From Betaproteobacteria bacterium (GTDB lineage Bacteria; Pseudomonadota; Gammaproteobacteria; Burkholderiales; Rhodocyclaceae), in the NCBI GenBank assembly GCA_016705475.1, contig JADIYD010000009.1, positions 292,715 to 356,714 on the forward strand: 64,000 nt of DNA, in the 5' to 3' direction. Under the pieces are notes generated by a model. That model ran no database searches. It had not been told where the DNA came from and saw only the letters and a list, made by a program, of their open reading frames with translations. The translations under genes were made by a program, and so were the position numbers. Shown here in pieces: positions 46,025 through 54,354 of the stretch; the stretch's first letter is position 1, and each line of letters opens with the position of its first letter.

Positions 46025-47308
46025 TTACGTCAGCTTGGGCGTAGCCGATGCGCCGGCAGCGTTGGAGGTGGTCTTGTCTTGGGGCGCCTTGGCATAGGCA
46101 ATGTCCCCAAGCAATATGCCGATAGCCCCTTTGAGCAATACCGTGAGGATGAGAAAACCGACCGCCCAGTTGCCGAGCGTGACGAAAATTTCAAGCGTGG
46201 TGGGCAGATACTGGGTGAACTCGCCGATCGGCGTCGGTATGAAGCCGGGAATCAGCAGGCCCATGCCCTTTTCTACCCAGATTCCACTGAATGCCAGGCC
46301 GCAGGCCAGTGCCAGCAAGCGATTATTGGTTCGCCAATAGGGCGTCAGCAGGATCGCGAAGGCGGCAATGCTGGCAACCAGAGAGCCCCAGAACCAGGGC
46401 ACCAGATCCGTGAACCCATGCATACCGAACATCAGGTATTGCAGCCCCAGGGCATGTTCGGTGTTGGCATACAACTCGGTGACCACTTCAGACAGGCTCA
46501 GAAAGAGAGACAAACCCAAGCAATAGGTAATGATCGTTGTGAGAAGCTCAATGGCCGAATTTTCTATCCAGAGCCGAGTCCGCGACCGTATGACCAGAAA
46601 GATCAGGATGATCAGCGAGGGTCCGGCTGCAAATGCGGTCAGGATGAAGCGGATGGGCATCATGCTGTGATGCCACATCGGGCGCGCCGGCATGGTGTTG
46701 AGAAGGAAGGCCGTCACCGTATGGATGCTCAACGCCCAGACGATGGAGATATAAATCAGCGGCAGGTAGAACTTCTTGTTCAGTGGCTGGCCGGTGTATT
46801 TCCTGTAAAGAAAATAGAAGCCGCCGATGAAATTGAGGAGCATGTACCCGATCAGCACCAGGGTGTCCCAGGCCAGCATCGAGTTTGGCAGGTTGTAGAT
46901 GCCGATGAAGGGCAGCATGTGCCAGAGACGGTCGGGCCGGCCCATATGGGAGATGATGAACAAGATGCACATCAGCACCGCTGATATTGCCAGCATTTCA
47001 CCTAGCACCGCCACCGCGTGCAGCCCCTTGTGGTGATAGACGTAAGCCGGGAACACGATGGTCACGGCTCCGGCGGCGATGCCGACCAGAAAAACGAAGT
47101 TGGCCAGGTAAAGACCGTCATGCACTTGATCCGTCAGGCCGGTGTAGCGCAATCCTTCGGCTGCGTGCAGGTAGGTGCCATACAGCAGGCAGAGGATAAA
47201 AAGGCACAGGAACGCGATCCAGGCATAAAACGCCGGACTGCCTTTCACAACATAACTTACATAGTCGACGGCGAATCTTTTCAGCTTGTCCATGATGTCG
47301 CGTCTCAA
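46025..47308 (-). CDS. NrfD/PsrC-family integral membrane quinol-oxidising subunit
   Basis: About 10 hydrophobic segments; ANFVFLVGIAAG, HMGRPDR.W, SMLAWD, SIHTVTAFL. Confidence 0.9.
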   Translation of the reverse strand: MRRDIMDKLKRFAVDYVSYVVKGSPAFYAWIAFLCLFILCLLYGTYLHAAEGLRYTGLTDQVHDGLYLANFVFLVGIAAGAVTIVFPAYVYHHKGLHAVAVLGEMLAISAVLMCILFIISHMGRPDRLWHMLPFIGIYNLPNSMLAWDTLVLIGYMLLNFIGGFYFLYRKYTGQPLNKKFYLPLIYISIVWALSIHTVTAFLLNTMPARPMWHHSMMPIRFILTAFAAGPSLIILIFLVIRSRTRLWIENSAIELLTTIITYCLGLSLFLSLSEVVTELYANTEHALGLQYLMFGMHGFTDLVPWFWGSLVASIAAFAILLTPYWRTNNRLLALACGLAFSGIWVEKGMGLLIPGFIPTPIGEFTQYLPTTLEIFVTLGNWAVGFLILTVLLKGAIGILLGDIAYAKAPQDKTTSNAAGASATPKLT

Positions 47309-48417
47309 TCCATGAAGTAGAAGAATTTTGGGAAGGTATTGAGTTCTGCTTTCAGGCGGAACACATTCTTGCGCGCGATGATCCGGCTGACTTCACTATT
47401 GGGATCAAGCAGGTTGCCGAACTTGCGGGCGCCGGTTGGGCAAACCTCGACGCAGGCGGGGTAGCGTCCCTGGCGGGTGCGCTGGATGCAGAAGGTGCAC
47501 TTCTCGACCACGCCCTTCATGCGCGGACGGTTGCCGAGATAGTGTGTCACCGGATTCATTGCCTCCTTTGGCAGATTCGGGTCGCTCCAGTTGAAACGCC
47601 GCGCCCAGTAGGGACAAGCCGACATGCACATGCGGCAACCGATACACCAGTTGTAGTCGATAACGACCGGCCCATCCGCCTCGCGGTAGGTAGTGCGGAC
47701 TGGACAAACCTTCACGCAGGGCGGCTTTTCGCACTGCATGCATGCAATTGGCATATAGGCTGCATCCTTCTCCGGGACTGCCTCTGGCTGGTAATAATGC
47801 TCGCCTTCGAGCACAACGCCGGTCGGGGTGTAGGCATTGCCACCCACTTGTATCCCGAGTCCTTCGGGATAACCCTGTTTCATCTTTTCCTGACTGAATT
47901 CACCTTTCTCCATCTTGAGGACGCGAATCCACTCGATATCATCGTCCTTGCCTCGCGACTGGTTGTTCTCCTCCACGCAGGCCTTGGCACACCGGCGGCA
48001 ACCAATGCATTTCTTGATATTCAGGGCATAGCCCATGAGCACACCTTCCTGCGCAGGCGTGCCATCGACAGTCACCTTCTTGCCATACTCACGTGAGTAT
48101 CGGCGCTCAAGTCTCGCCCTTGCCAGGGCCTTTTCTTCTTCGCTCATCAGGCGGTAGTTGCCCTGAAACCATTCGGCCCACTCCATGTTTGCCCGTGCAT
48201 CGTCGGACATGGTCATCAGCGCGGCAGTGCCGAGCAAGGAACTGACACTCAGCGAGCCTGCATTCTTCAAAAAATTGCGGCGGGAGCTTGGTTCGTCGAC
48301 CGGGGTCTCAACCGGCGCCTGCCCTGAACACGCGCACCCACCCGATGATGGTTGGGAGTTGCAGCAATTTTCTTTGTTCGTCACGTCTATTCTCCGTGCC
48401 TGACCGGAACCGGCCAT
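47305..48417 (-). CDS. Tat-exported 4x[4Fe-4S] protein (NrfC/DsrO/HmcB-like); start uncertain
   Basis: SRRNFLK twin-arginine motif; CIGCRRC..AC, CMQC..PPC..VCP, CIGCRMC..ACP, CTFC...C..VCP. Confidence 0.92.
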   Translation of the reverse strand: MAGSGQARRIDVTNKENCCNSQPSSGGCACSGQAPVETPVDEPSSRRNFLKNAGSLSVSSLLGTAALMTMSDDARANMEWAEWFQGNYRLMSEEEKALARARLERRYSREYGKKVTVDGTPAQEGVLMGYALNIKKCIGCRRCAKACVEENNQSRGKDDDIEWIRVLKMEKGEFSQEKMKQGYPEGLGIQVGGNAYTPTGVVLEGEHYYQPEAVPEKDAAYMPIACMQCEKPPCVKVCPVRTTYREADGPVVIDYNWCIGCRMCMSACPYWARRFNWSDPNLPKEAMNPVTHYLGNRPRMKGVVEKCTFCIQRTRQGRYPACVEVCPTGARKFGNLLDPNSEVSRIIARKNVFRLKAELNTFPKFFYFMD

Positions 48418-48472
48418 GTCGATATGTTTGGTGCTTGAAACGTTCTCATTGGAAGAAGAGGCTGCTCAATGC

Positions 48473-49246
48473 CTACCAACTCGGGCCGCCGATACCGGGC
48501 ATGAATTGAATGGGCACTGGCTTGACTTCATCGAGATGCTTCGGGCGCAGAACGGCGTCAATTTCCTCTTTGCTCGGTCTTGGCTCATCGAGATGCAAGG
48601 CAATTAGGTCGCGCAATTGCTCACACCAGGCATGGGTCAGCAAGAACAGCGCAGCGTAGAACTCGGTGTCACAGCGCGCGGAAACCCGGCTGGCAAAATC
48701 CGGAAGCCAGCGCAGTAGGTGGCGATCCATCAGGGTAGCCAGCGCGCGCCAGAGATCGTCCGCCAGACGAGTGAAATCGGCATCACTCAGGCTCGCCAGG
48801 CGGCCCAGGCGTCTGGCTACAAACTGAAGCTGGAAGACGAGATGGTCATCCGGGCGCATGCGCCAGTCGGGAACAGCCAGGCCATCAGCCGCATAAAGTT
48901 CGCGCATGTCGAACATCGCTTCCTGGCAGACCAAATGTTCGTCAGAAACCCAGTACGACTCGCACGGGGAAGCATCCAATGCACCGGTGAGGTAGATGGC
49001 AGCAAAATCTGCTGCCAGGTTGTCTGTGTACGCTTTATCCGGAAATATCGGCAGGGCTGCCACGGTCTGCCGCATGGCTTCGAAAACCTGTTCGCCCAGT
49101 TCGTCGCGCGGCACCATCCCAAGATTGTCGGGAAAACCGATGGCTTTCAAGGCGGCCAGCAATCCGGGCGTGAGTTCGCGATCATGCAACAGTGCCAGGG
49201 TGGTCATATCCTCTGACCAGGCAAGTGCTGTTTCTCTGTTGATCAT
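48473..49246 (-). CDS. TorD/DmsD-family molybdoenzyme maturation chaperone
   Basis: SPCESYW, PDDHL..QLQF, HLLRWLP motifs. Confidence 0.9.
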   Translation of the reverse strand: MINRETALAWSEDMTTLALLHDRELTPGLLAALKAIGFPDNLGMVPRDELGEQVFEAMRQTVAALPIFPDKAYTDNLAADFAAIYLTGALDASPCESYWVSDEHLVCQEAMFDMRELYAADGLAVPDWRMRPDDHLVFQLQFVARRLGRLASLSDADFTRLADDLWRALATLMDRHLLRWLPDFASRVSARCDTEFYAALFLLTHAWCEQLRDLIALHLDEPRPSKEEIDAVLRPKHLDEVKPVPIQFMPGIGGPSW

Positions 49247-49911
49247 GATTTGACCTTGCCCTTGCGATGCGGCACAAAGGCAATAGACGGCTTGGTCAGC
49301 TCGGGATTCGCCATATTTTTTACCTGGCGTACCGTTTCGTCATTCGGGCCAACTGCCGTGGTCTTGAACTTGCCTTCCCACAATTTGTCGATAGGCCCGA
49401 TGTCGAGGACGCGCATCATGCAGGCCATCACGCAATAAGGCTTGCGACCGGCATCGATCTCATCCACACACATATTGCATTTCTGGATGATCTGCTCCTT
49501 CGGATTCCACTGGGGCGCGCCATAGGGGCACGACGCCTCGCATTTGCGACAGCCGATGCACAAGGATGAATCGATGTCGACGATGCCGTCCTTGCTCCGT
49601 TTCCAGATCGCACCCGTCGGGCAGGTCGGCAAGCATGCCGGCTCGGCACAGTGGTTACAGGACATATTCACCTTGTAGGCAAACACGTCCGGATAAGTCC
49701 CTCCCTCGACGTACATCACGCGCCGGAAGCGCGGGCCTGGCGGCAGGCCGTTCTTGTCCTTGCAGGCGATTTCGCAGGCGCGGCAGCCGATGCAATCAAC
49801 GTTGTTATGGATGAAACCGAACTGCATGGCCGGTTTGACCGGTTCGTATGTCTGGGCCACCTTGCGTTCCAGGGCCACCTTGACTTTCTTCATATCGAGT
49901 TTGTTGGTCAT
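49243..49911 (-). CDS. DmsB-like 4x[4Fe-4S] electron-transfer subunit
   Basis: CIGCRACEIAC, CNHCAEPAC...CP, CIGCRKC...CPYGAP, KCNMC...C..AC; no own signal peptide. Confidence 0.92.
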   Translation of the reverse strand: MTNKLDMKKVKVALERKVAQTYEPVKPAMQFGFIHNNVDCIGCRACEIACKDKNGLPPGPRFRRVMYVEGGTYPDVFAYKVNMSCNHCAEPACLPTCPTGAIWKRSKDGIVDIDSSLCIGCRKCEASCPYGAPQWNPKEQIIQKCNMCVDEIDAGRKPYCVMACMMRVLDIGPIDKLWEGKFKTTAVGPNDETVRQVKNMANPELTKPSIAFVPHRKGKVKS

Positions 49912-49921
49912 GGTCGGCCTC

Positions 49922-52486
49922 TCACGCATCACGCCGGAAAACGAAAGAACGCGACGTTCCCTGGCTATCCCAGCCCGGACGATGGGCAAGCGTCGTTTTC
50001 TTCAGATTGACCAGGATGGTGTTGTAGGCGAACGCGCCAGCGGGGCTCGGCTCATCCTTGGTCAAAAAGTCAGGGTTGCCGGAACGATCAATGCCCTGCT
50101 TGTCGAGATCCATCCATGAACCTTCGTACACGACCACCACGCCCGGCATGCAGCGCTCGGTGACATAGACCGGCACGACGATCTTGCCGCGCGCATTCCA
50201 GACTTCGACCATATCGCCGGTTACCAGCTTCAGGCGCCGTGCATCGCTGGCATTGATGGTGATCTCCTGCTGGAAGGTTTCGCGTAGCCAGGGAATGTTG
50301 TGGAAGATCGAATGTGTGCGGTGCCTCGGATGTGGCGTGATCATGTGGAACGGGTATTCCTTGACCTTCGGATGTCCCATCCATTCAAAAGGCTCGATCC
50401 ATTTCGGGATTGCCGGTATCGGATAGCCCCACTGGGTCTTCTTCCAGTCTGTTACTTGAGCCAGCGTGGTCGAGAAAATCTCGATTCGCCCCGAAGCGGT
50501 CTCAAACGGGACACCTTTCTCAATTTGGTCGCGGAAGGCAACATGGGGCTTGTCGAAGGTGAATTTGTACACCCCACGCCGCTTGAACTCTTCCCAGGAC
50601 ATGGTGACACCCTGATGGTGTTGCACCCTTTTCCACCAGGCAACCAGATAAGCTTCATCCGTTGCATCCGGGTTCTGAAAATAGCTTCGGTTGGCGCGTG
50701 GGTTATAGCGCTTGCCAAAATCCTTGAGGCTGGGGTCAAGTGTTTCCAGGCGGTACGCCAGCTCGGTATAGACCTGAAAATCGGTTCTCGACTCGCCCAT
50801 GGGCTCAATGACCTTGGGGCGATGAATGTAGTAGTGGCCCTTGTACCAGGGCAAACCGACATCATGGCGCTCAAAGTGGGTTGCAATCGGAAGGAGTACG
50901 TCCGCCCACAAACCGGAAGGGGTGATGGTCGAATCGGAGCAAACCACCAACTCCAGCTTCTTGATGGCCTCGATTTCCTTGTTGATGTTGGTGAGCTGGT
51001 TGAGCCAGTCGGAGCCATGCCAGAAGATGGCCTTGATGTTGGGAATCTTGCCGTCGAGTTCATCCTCGCGTGGCCAGCAGCCGACTTCCTCGCGTTTGAC
51101 GTTCGGGTAGTTCAGCACGCAGTGCGCCCAGCGGTCAGACTTGATTGAAGCCCACCAGAGGTTGGCATTTTCGTCGTAGGGATAGGCGGTGGATTCCGCG
51201 TGCCAGCCCTTGCCTACCCCTTCGGCGCAGCCGCCGAGAATGCCGATGTTGCCGGTCATCGCCTGCACCGCGGCCGCCATACGGTTGTATTGCTCACCGT
51301 AGGCGTTGCGCCCCGGCCCCCAGGAGGCTTTGAGTGCTGCCGGCTTGGTGCGGGCATACATATCGGCCAGTTTTCTGATATCGGCTGCCGAAACGCCGCA
51401 AATTTTCTCCGCCCATTCCGGCGTCTTGGGGATCTTGTCCCGGACGCCCAAAATATAGTCTTTGAAGCTTTCCTGATCTTTCGCCCAGTCCGGCATGGTT
51501 CCCGCATCCATCCCTTGAACGAACTTGTCAATGAAAGCCTGATCCTGAAGGTTCATCTCAAAGATGTAGTGAGCCATCCCGGCCAGCATCGCCGCATCGG
51601 TATTCGGCTTGATCGGTATCCACCAGGCGTCGTAGGCGGCTGCCGAGTCGGTGTATTGCGGGTCGATCACAACGAACTTGCAGCCGTTCTGCTTGGCCAT
51701 CCGCATGTAATAGAAGGTGTTGCCGCCGTGGAACGTATAGGCGGGATTCCAGCCCCACATGATGATCAGCTTGCTATGCGCGAATGCGTCGTCCTCGTTG
51801 CCGTCCTGAATCGTGCCGAAGGTCATGTTGGACGAGAATGTCGTCCCCTGATAGCTGGGCACGGACCACGAGTTGGTCCGGCAGCCGAACATGCCGAGAA
51901 AGCGGGCGAGCAAACCTTCAATTTGGTCCGATTTATGCAGTACACCGTAGGAACTGCCGGCATAGGCCTGATCGAGGATGGCAGTTGGGCCATACTTGCT
52001 CTTCAGTTCGACCATCTTCCTGGCGATATGGTCCAGCGCCTCATCCCAGGAAACGCGCTTGAACTTGCCTTCACCTCGCTCGCCAACGCGCATCATCGGG
52101 TAGAGGAGACGTTCAGGGGAATACAGGCGGGAGCGATACGAACGGCCGCGCAGGCAGGCCCGCAGTTGCGGTTCGGCCACAGTGTCCTTGCCGAACTCTC
52201 CGCCGGCTTGGTAGCGACCATCGTCGGAAGACAGCCTAACAATGACATTGCCCTTCTTGTGCGCCACCAGCATGTGACGTGATCCACAGTTGTGGTCGCA
52301 TGAAGTGACGACGGTCGTCAGCTGGTCATCTCGGAAATACGGCTCGTAGGCAAACGCCTCGGCATCCTTCTGGCCCAGCGCCATCTCAAGCAACCCACTG
52401 GAACTAGCTAGCACGGTGCCGGCTGCCGAGGTTTTCAGGAAGCTGCGGCGAGCCGGATTGAGAATGGTGACATCGGGCTTCTTCAT
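49922..52486 (-). CDS. Tat-exported DMSO-reductase-family Mo-bisPGD oxidoreductase (DmsA-like)
   Basis: ARRSFLK Tat motif; CDHNCGSRH...RACLRGR FS0 region; RLLYPM.RVGERGEGKFKRVSWDEA; WIPIKPNTD; ADVLLP; RTHS; DARRL..GD; start MKKPD at 52486. Confidence 0.93.
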   Translation of the reverse strand: MKKPDVTILNPARRSFLKTSAAGTVLASSSGLLEMALGQKDAEAFAYEPYFRDDQLTTVVTSCDHNCGSRHMLVAHKKGNVIVRLSSDDGRYQAGGEFGKDTVAEPQLRACLRGRSYRSRLYSPERLLYPMMRVGERGEGKFKRVSWDEALDHIARKMVELKSKYGPTAILDQAYAGSSYGVLHKSDQIEGLLARFLGMFGCRTNSWSVPSYQGTTFSSNMTFGTIQDGNEDDAFAHSKLIIMWGWNPAYTFHGGNTFYYMRMAKQNGCKFVVIDPQYTDSAAAYDAWWIPIKPNTDAAMLAGMAHYIFEMNLQDQAFIDKFVQGMDAGTMPDWAKDQESFKDYILGVRDKIPKTPEWAEKICGVSAADIRKLADMYARTKPAALKASWGPGRNAYGEQYNRMAAAVQAMTGNIGILGGCAEGVGKGWHAESTAYPYDENANLWWASIKSDRWAHCVLNYPNVKREEVGCWPREDELDGKIPNIKAIFWHGSDWLNQLTNINKEIEAIKKLELVVCSDSTITPSGLWADVLLPIATHFERHDVGLPWYKGHYYIHRPKVIEPMGESRTDFQVYTELAYRLETLDPSLKDFGKRYNPRANRSYFQNPDATDEAYLVAWWKRVQHHQGVTMSWEEFKRRGVYKFTFDKPHVAFRDQIEKGVPFETASGRIEIFSTTLAQVTDWKKTQWGYPIPAIPKWIEPFEWMGHPKVKEYPFHMITPHPRHRTHSIFHNIPWLRETFQQEITINASDARRLKLVTGDMVEVWNARGKIVVPVYVTERCMPGVVVVYEGSWMDLDKQGIDRSGNPDFLTKDEPSPAGAFAYNTILVNLKKTTLAHRPGWDSQGTSRSFVFRRDA

Positions 52487-53340
52487 GGTTTTTGCTCGGT
52501 CTTGAGGAAACGTGGTTCGGAGTGCACTGGCCGATCTTTGGCCCAGTCGGGCATGCCTTCCGGCATTTCGTGCCAGGGGTTGCGGGCATAGGGATAGGGG
52601 ATGCGATACCAGGCGCGCGCGCCGTGACACCCTAGGCAGACATCGGCACCGTTACCGCTCTCCTTCGCGGCGATGGCTGCTGCTTCGATAGCCTCAGCCT
52701 TCAGATAGTTGACCTGATGCCGATGTGTCCGCGTCGATACGTGGCAAGTCAGGCAGTCATTCTGGAAATAGTGTTTTGTCTCATCCCAGGTGCCGGGCAG
52801 TCGCATCAGTTCCCATCCTGGGAACTGGCCGTGGCACTTGAGACAGATGGCCTCCGGGTTGACCTGCTTGCGCAGGGTAAAGCCCGTGTCTTCCTGCGAG
52901 GCACCGGTCGCCGAACTGCCTGGCGCCTCTTCGCGCGGATCATGGCCCTCGTGACACGTATTGCATTGCAGATTCATAAGCTCTTTGGCCATATGTGTCA
53001 CTAAATGGCGCCGATGGAAGGTGTCCTGCTCACCTTTATAGGTGGATACCTGCTGATACCAGGCCCGCGTATCATGCGCATTTACCCCTGCGGGTGATAC
53101 TGGACGTACCCGCTCTTCAAGCACCTCGCGATGACAGGCAAGGCACTGTTCGTTCGTGGCGCTCGCGATAGCTGGCTTGAAATGAAGGGGGTCGTAGGTG
53201 GCGCGGAAATGGCTCTTGCTGTCGATGTCTTCTTGTGTCCGTGGCGCCGGGACACTTTGTTTGCCGCAACCCGCCGTTATCGAAATGAGTGGAATGAGTG
53301 CTGCAGTGATCAGCCCGATGATCGAGAACCGTATATTCAT
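52483..53340 (-). CDS. Pentaheme cytochrome c, probable lipoprotein
   Basis: Hydrophobic N-terminus ending in ITAGC; CLACH, CNTCH, CLKCH, CLTCH, CLGCH; ATGA overlaps on both sides. Confidence 0.9.
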   Translation of the reverse strand: MNIRFSIIGLITAALIPLISITAGCGKQSVPAPRTQEDIDSKSHFRATYDPLHFKPAIASATNEQCLACHREVLEERVRPVSPAGVNAHDTRAWYQQVSTYKGEQDTFHRRHLVTHMAKELMNLQCNTCHEGHDPREEAPGSSATGASQEDTGFTLRKQVNPEAICLKCHGQFPGWELMRLPGTWDETKHYFQNDCLTCHVSTRTHRHQVNYLKAEAIEAAAIAAKESGNGADVCLGCHGARAWYRIPYPYARNPWHEMPEGMPDWAKDRPVHSEPRFLKTEQKP

Positions 53341-53669
53341 TTTTTTTCTGCCGGAGGGATTGGAGCTGTGTGCCATCCGCGCAGATCGTAGGGGCCAGTC
53401 ATGCCCGGATGCGTAAATGGTGTGAACCACCCCCCTTGATCCTTCAGGAAGTTCAGGCTATCCGGAATCGGGGAGGAAACGCCGCGCAAAGCGTTCCTAG
53501 CGTCCTGAATGGGACCGGTTGTCAGTACAGGCGCATTGGCAGGCCGCTGAAACGGGGTCAGGCCGGCGATCGGATAGGGCACTGAAGGTACCGCAACTAC
53601 CGTATTCGCCCCGCATTGCACAATCAGAGCAAGCAGTGGGGCGGTGAGCCATTTTTGGAGTGTGTTCAT
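53337..53669 (-). CDS. Small exported hypothetical protein
   Basis: Start MNTLQKW at 53669; signal-like N-terminus; Pro/Trp-rich C-terminus WFTPFTHPGMTGPYDLRGWH; stop overlaps the cytochrome start. Confidence 0.75.
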   Translation of the reverse strand: MNTLQKWLTAPLLALIVQCGANTVVAVPSVPYPIAGLTPFQRPANAPVLTTGPIQDARNALRGVSSPIPDSLNFLKDQGGWFTPFTHPGMTGPYDLRGWHTAPIPPAEKK

Positions 53670-53691
53670 TGGAGTGTAGGAAAAGCCAGGA

Positions 53692-53719
53692 AGCGGACGG
53701 GAGAGGCCTCCCATCCGCT
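53692..53719 (-). terminator. Intercistronic stem-loop (leaky terminator or mRNA stabiliser)
   Basis: Minus strand AGCGGATGGGAG-GCCT-CTCCCGTCCGCT, a 12-bp stem with one G:U pair, 14 bp after the Met-rich gene stop; weak U-tract. Confidence 0.6.
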
Positions 53720-53733
53720 GGATCAAAGAAGGA

Positions 53734-54168
53734 TTACTTCTTGCCTTCCATGCCGCTCATACCAGACATGCCCTTCTGGCCTTCCATGCCAGACATGCCG
53801 CTCATGCCGGACATGCCCTTCTGGCCTTCCATACCGGACATACCGGACATACCGGACATACCGGACATACCGGACATACCGGACATACCGGACATACCGG
53901 ACATGCCCTTCTGCTTCTTGCCTTCCATGCCGGACATGCCGCTCATACCGGACATGCCCTTCTGGCCTTCCATACCGGACATGCCAGACATGCCCTTCTG
54001 CTTCTTGCCTTCCATGCCAGACATGCCGCTCATGCCAGACATGCCGCTCATGCCCTTCTGACCTTCCATACCGCTCATGCCGGACATGCCCTTCTGGTCG
54101 GCAGCAAAGGCAGCGCCGGCGATGGCCATGGAAAGAACGGAAGCAGCGATGACGAACTTGGATTTCAT
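53734..54168 (-). CDS. Secreted methionine-rich (Gly-Met-Ser)n repeat protein
   Basis: Strong RBS GAAGGAGA; Sec signal MKSKFVIAASVLSMAIAGAAFA; mature part is 7 blocks of QKG(MSG)nMEG with 31 Met. Confidence 0.92.
   Translation of the reverse strand: MKSKFVIAASVLSMAIAGAAFAADQKGMSGMSGMEGQKGMSGMSGMSGMSGMEGKKQKGMSGMSGMEGQKGMSGMSGMSGMEGKKQKGMSGMSGMSGMSGMSGMSGMSGMSGMEGQKGMSGMSGMSGMEGQKGMSGMSGMEGKK
53830..53901. repeat. Perfect 9-bp tandem repeat (CATACCGGA)x8 within the Met-rich gene
   Basis: Eight exact copies read directly; degenerate 9-mers extend over about 53745-54090. Confidence 0.95.
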
Positions 54169-54260
54169 AAAATCTCCTTCGAAGTGAGATAACTGTTAAT
54201 GCCCCGCGATATGCAAGACTCGAAAACAAGCCGCATAATCGGCATGTTCGCCAACTACTT

Positions 54261-54276
54261 TGCACAACCCATGCCA
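54261..54276 (-). promoter_or_regulatory. Sigma54 -24/-12 promoter of the Met-rich/molybdoenzyme operon
   Basis: Minus strand TGGCATGGGTTGTGCA: GG-N10-GC, near consensus TGGCACG-N4-TTGCW, 93 bp upstream of the ATG; the cluster encodes a sigma54 activator. Confidence 0.8.
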
Positions 54277-54354
54277 CCCAGGACGGTTGTTTGTTAATCA
54301 TTGTTTTTATTGAATTAATTGCGCGTTGCTGCAATTGCTGAATTTCCGCAGATC

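Noticed and set aside
49922-52486. Calling the molybdoenzyme perchlorate, nitrate, selenate or arsenate reductase
   Set aside because: It lacks the HxxxCxxxC FS0 start typical of NarG/PcrA/SerA and its motifs follow DmsA (NCGSR, RACLRGR). No chlorite dismutase is in the window. The substrate is left unassigned.
39589-54168. YcaO plus Ser/Gly-rich repeat peptide as a RiPP (azoline/thioamide) cluster
   Set aside because: The YcaO looks like the stand-alone E. coli type, with no E1-like, TfuA, dehydrogenase or peptidase partner in the window. The repeat protein has a Sec signal and lies 12 kb away at the head of a redox operon.
53616-54334. Repeat-rich ORFs in other frames (YRTYRT, PDIPDI, RYVRYV) and a possible CRISPR-like array
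   Set aside because: They are shadows of the 9-bp coding repeat. Only the MSG frame has an RBS and signal peptide, and there are no unique spacers or cas genes.
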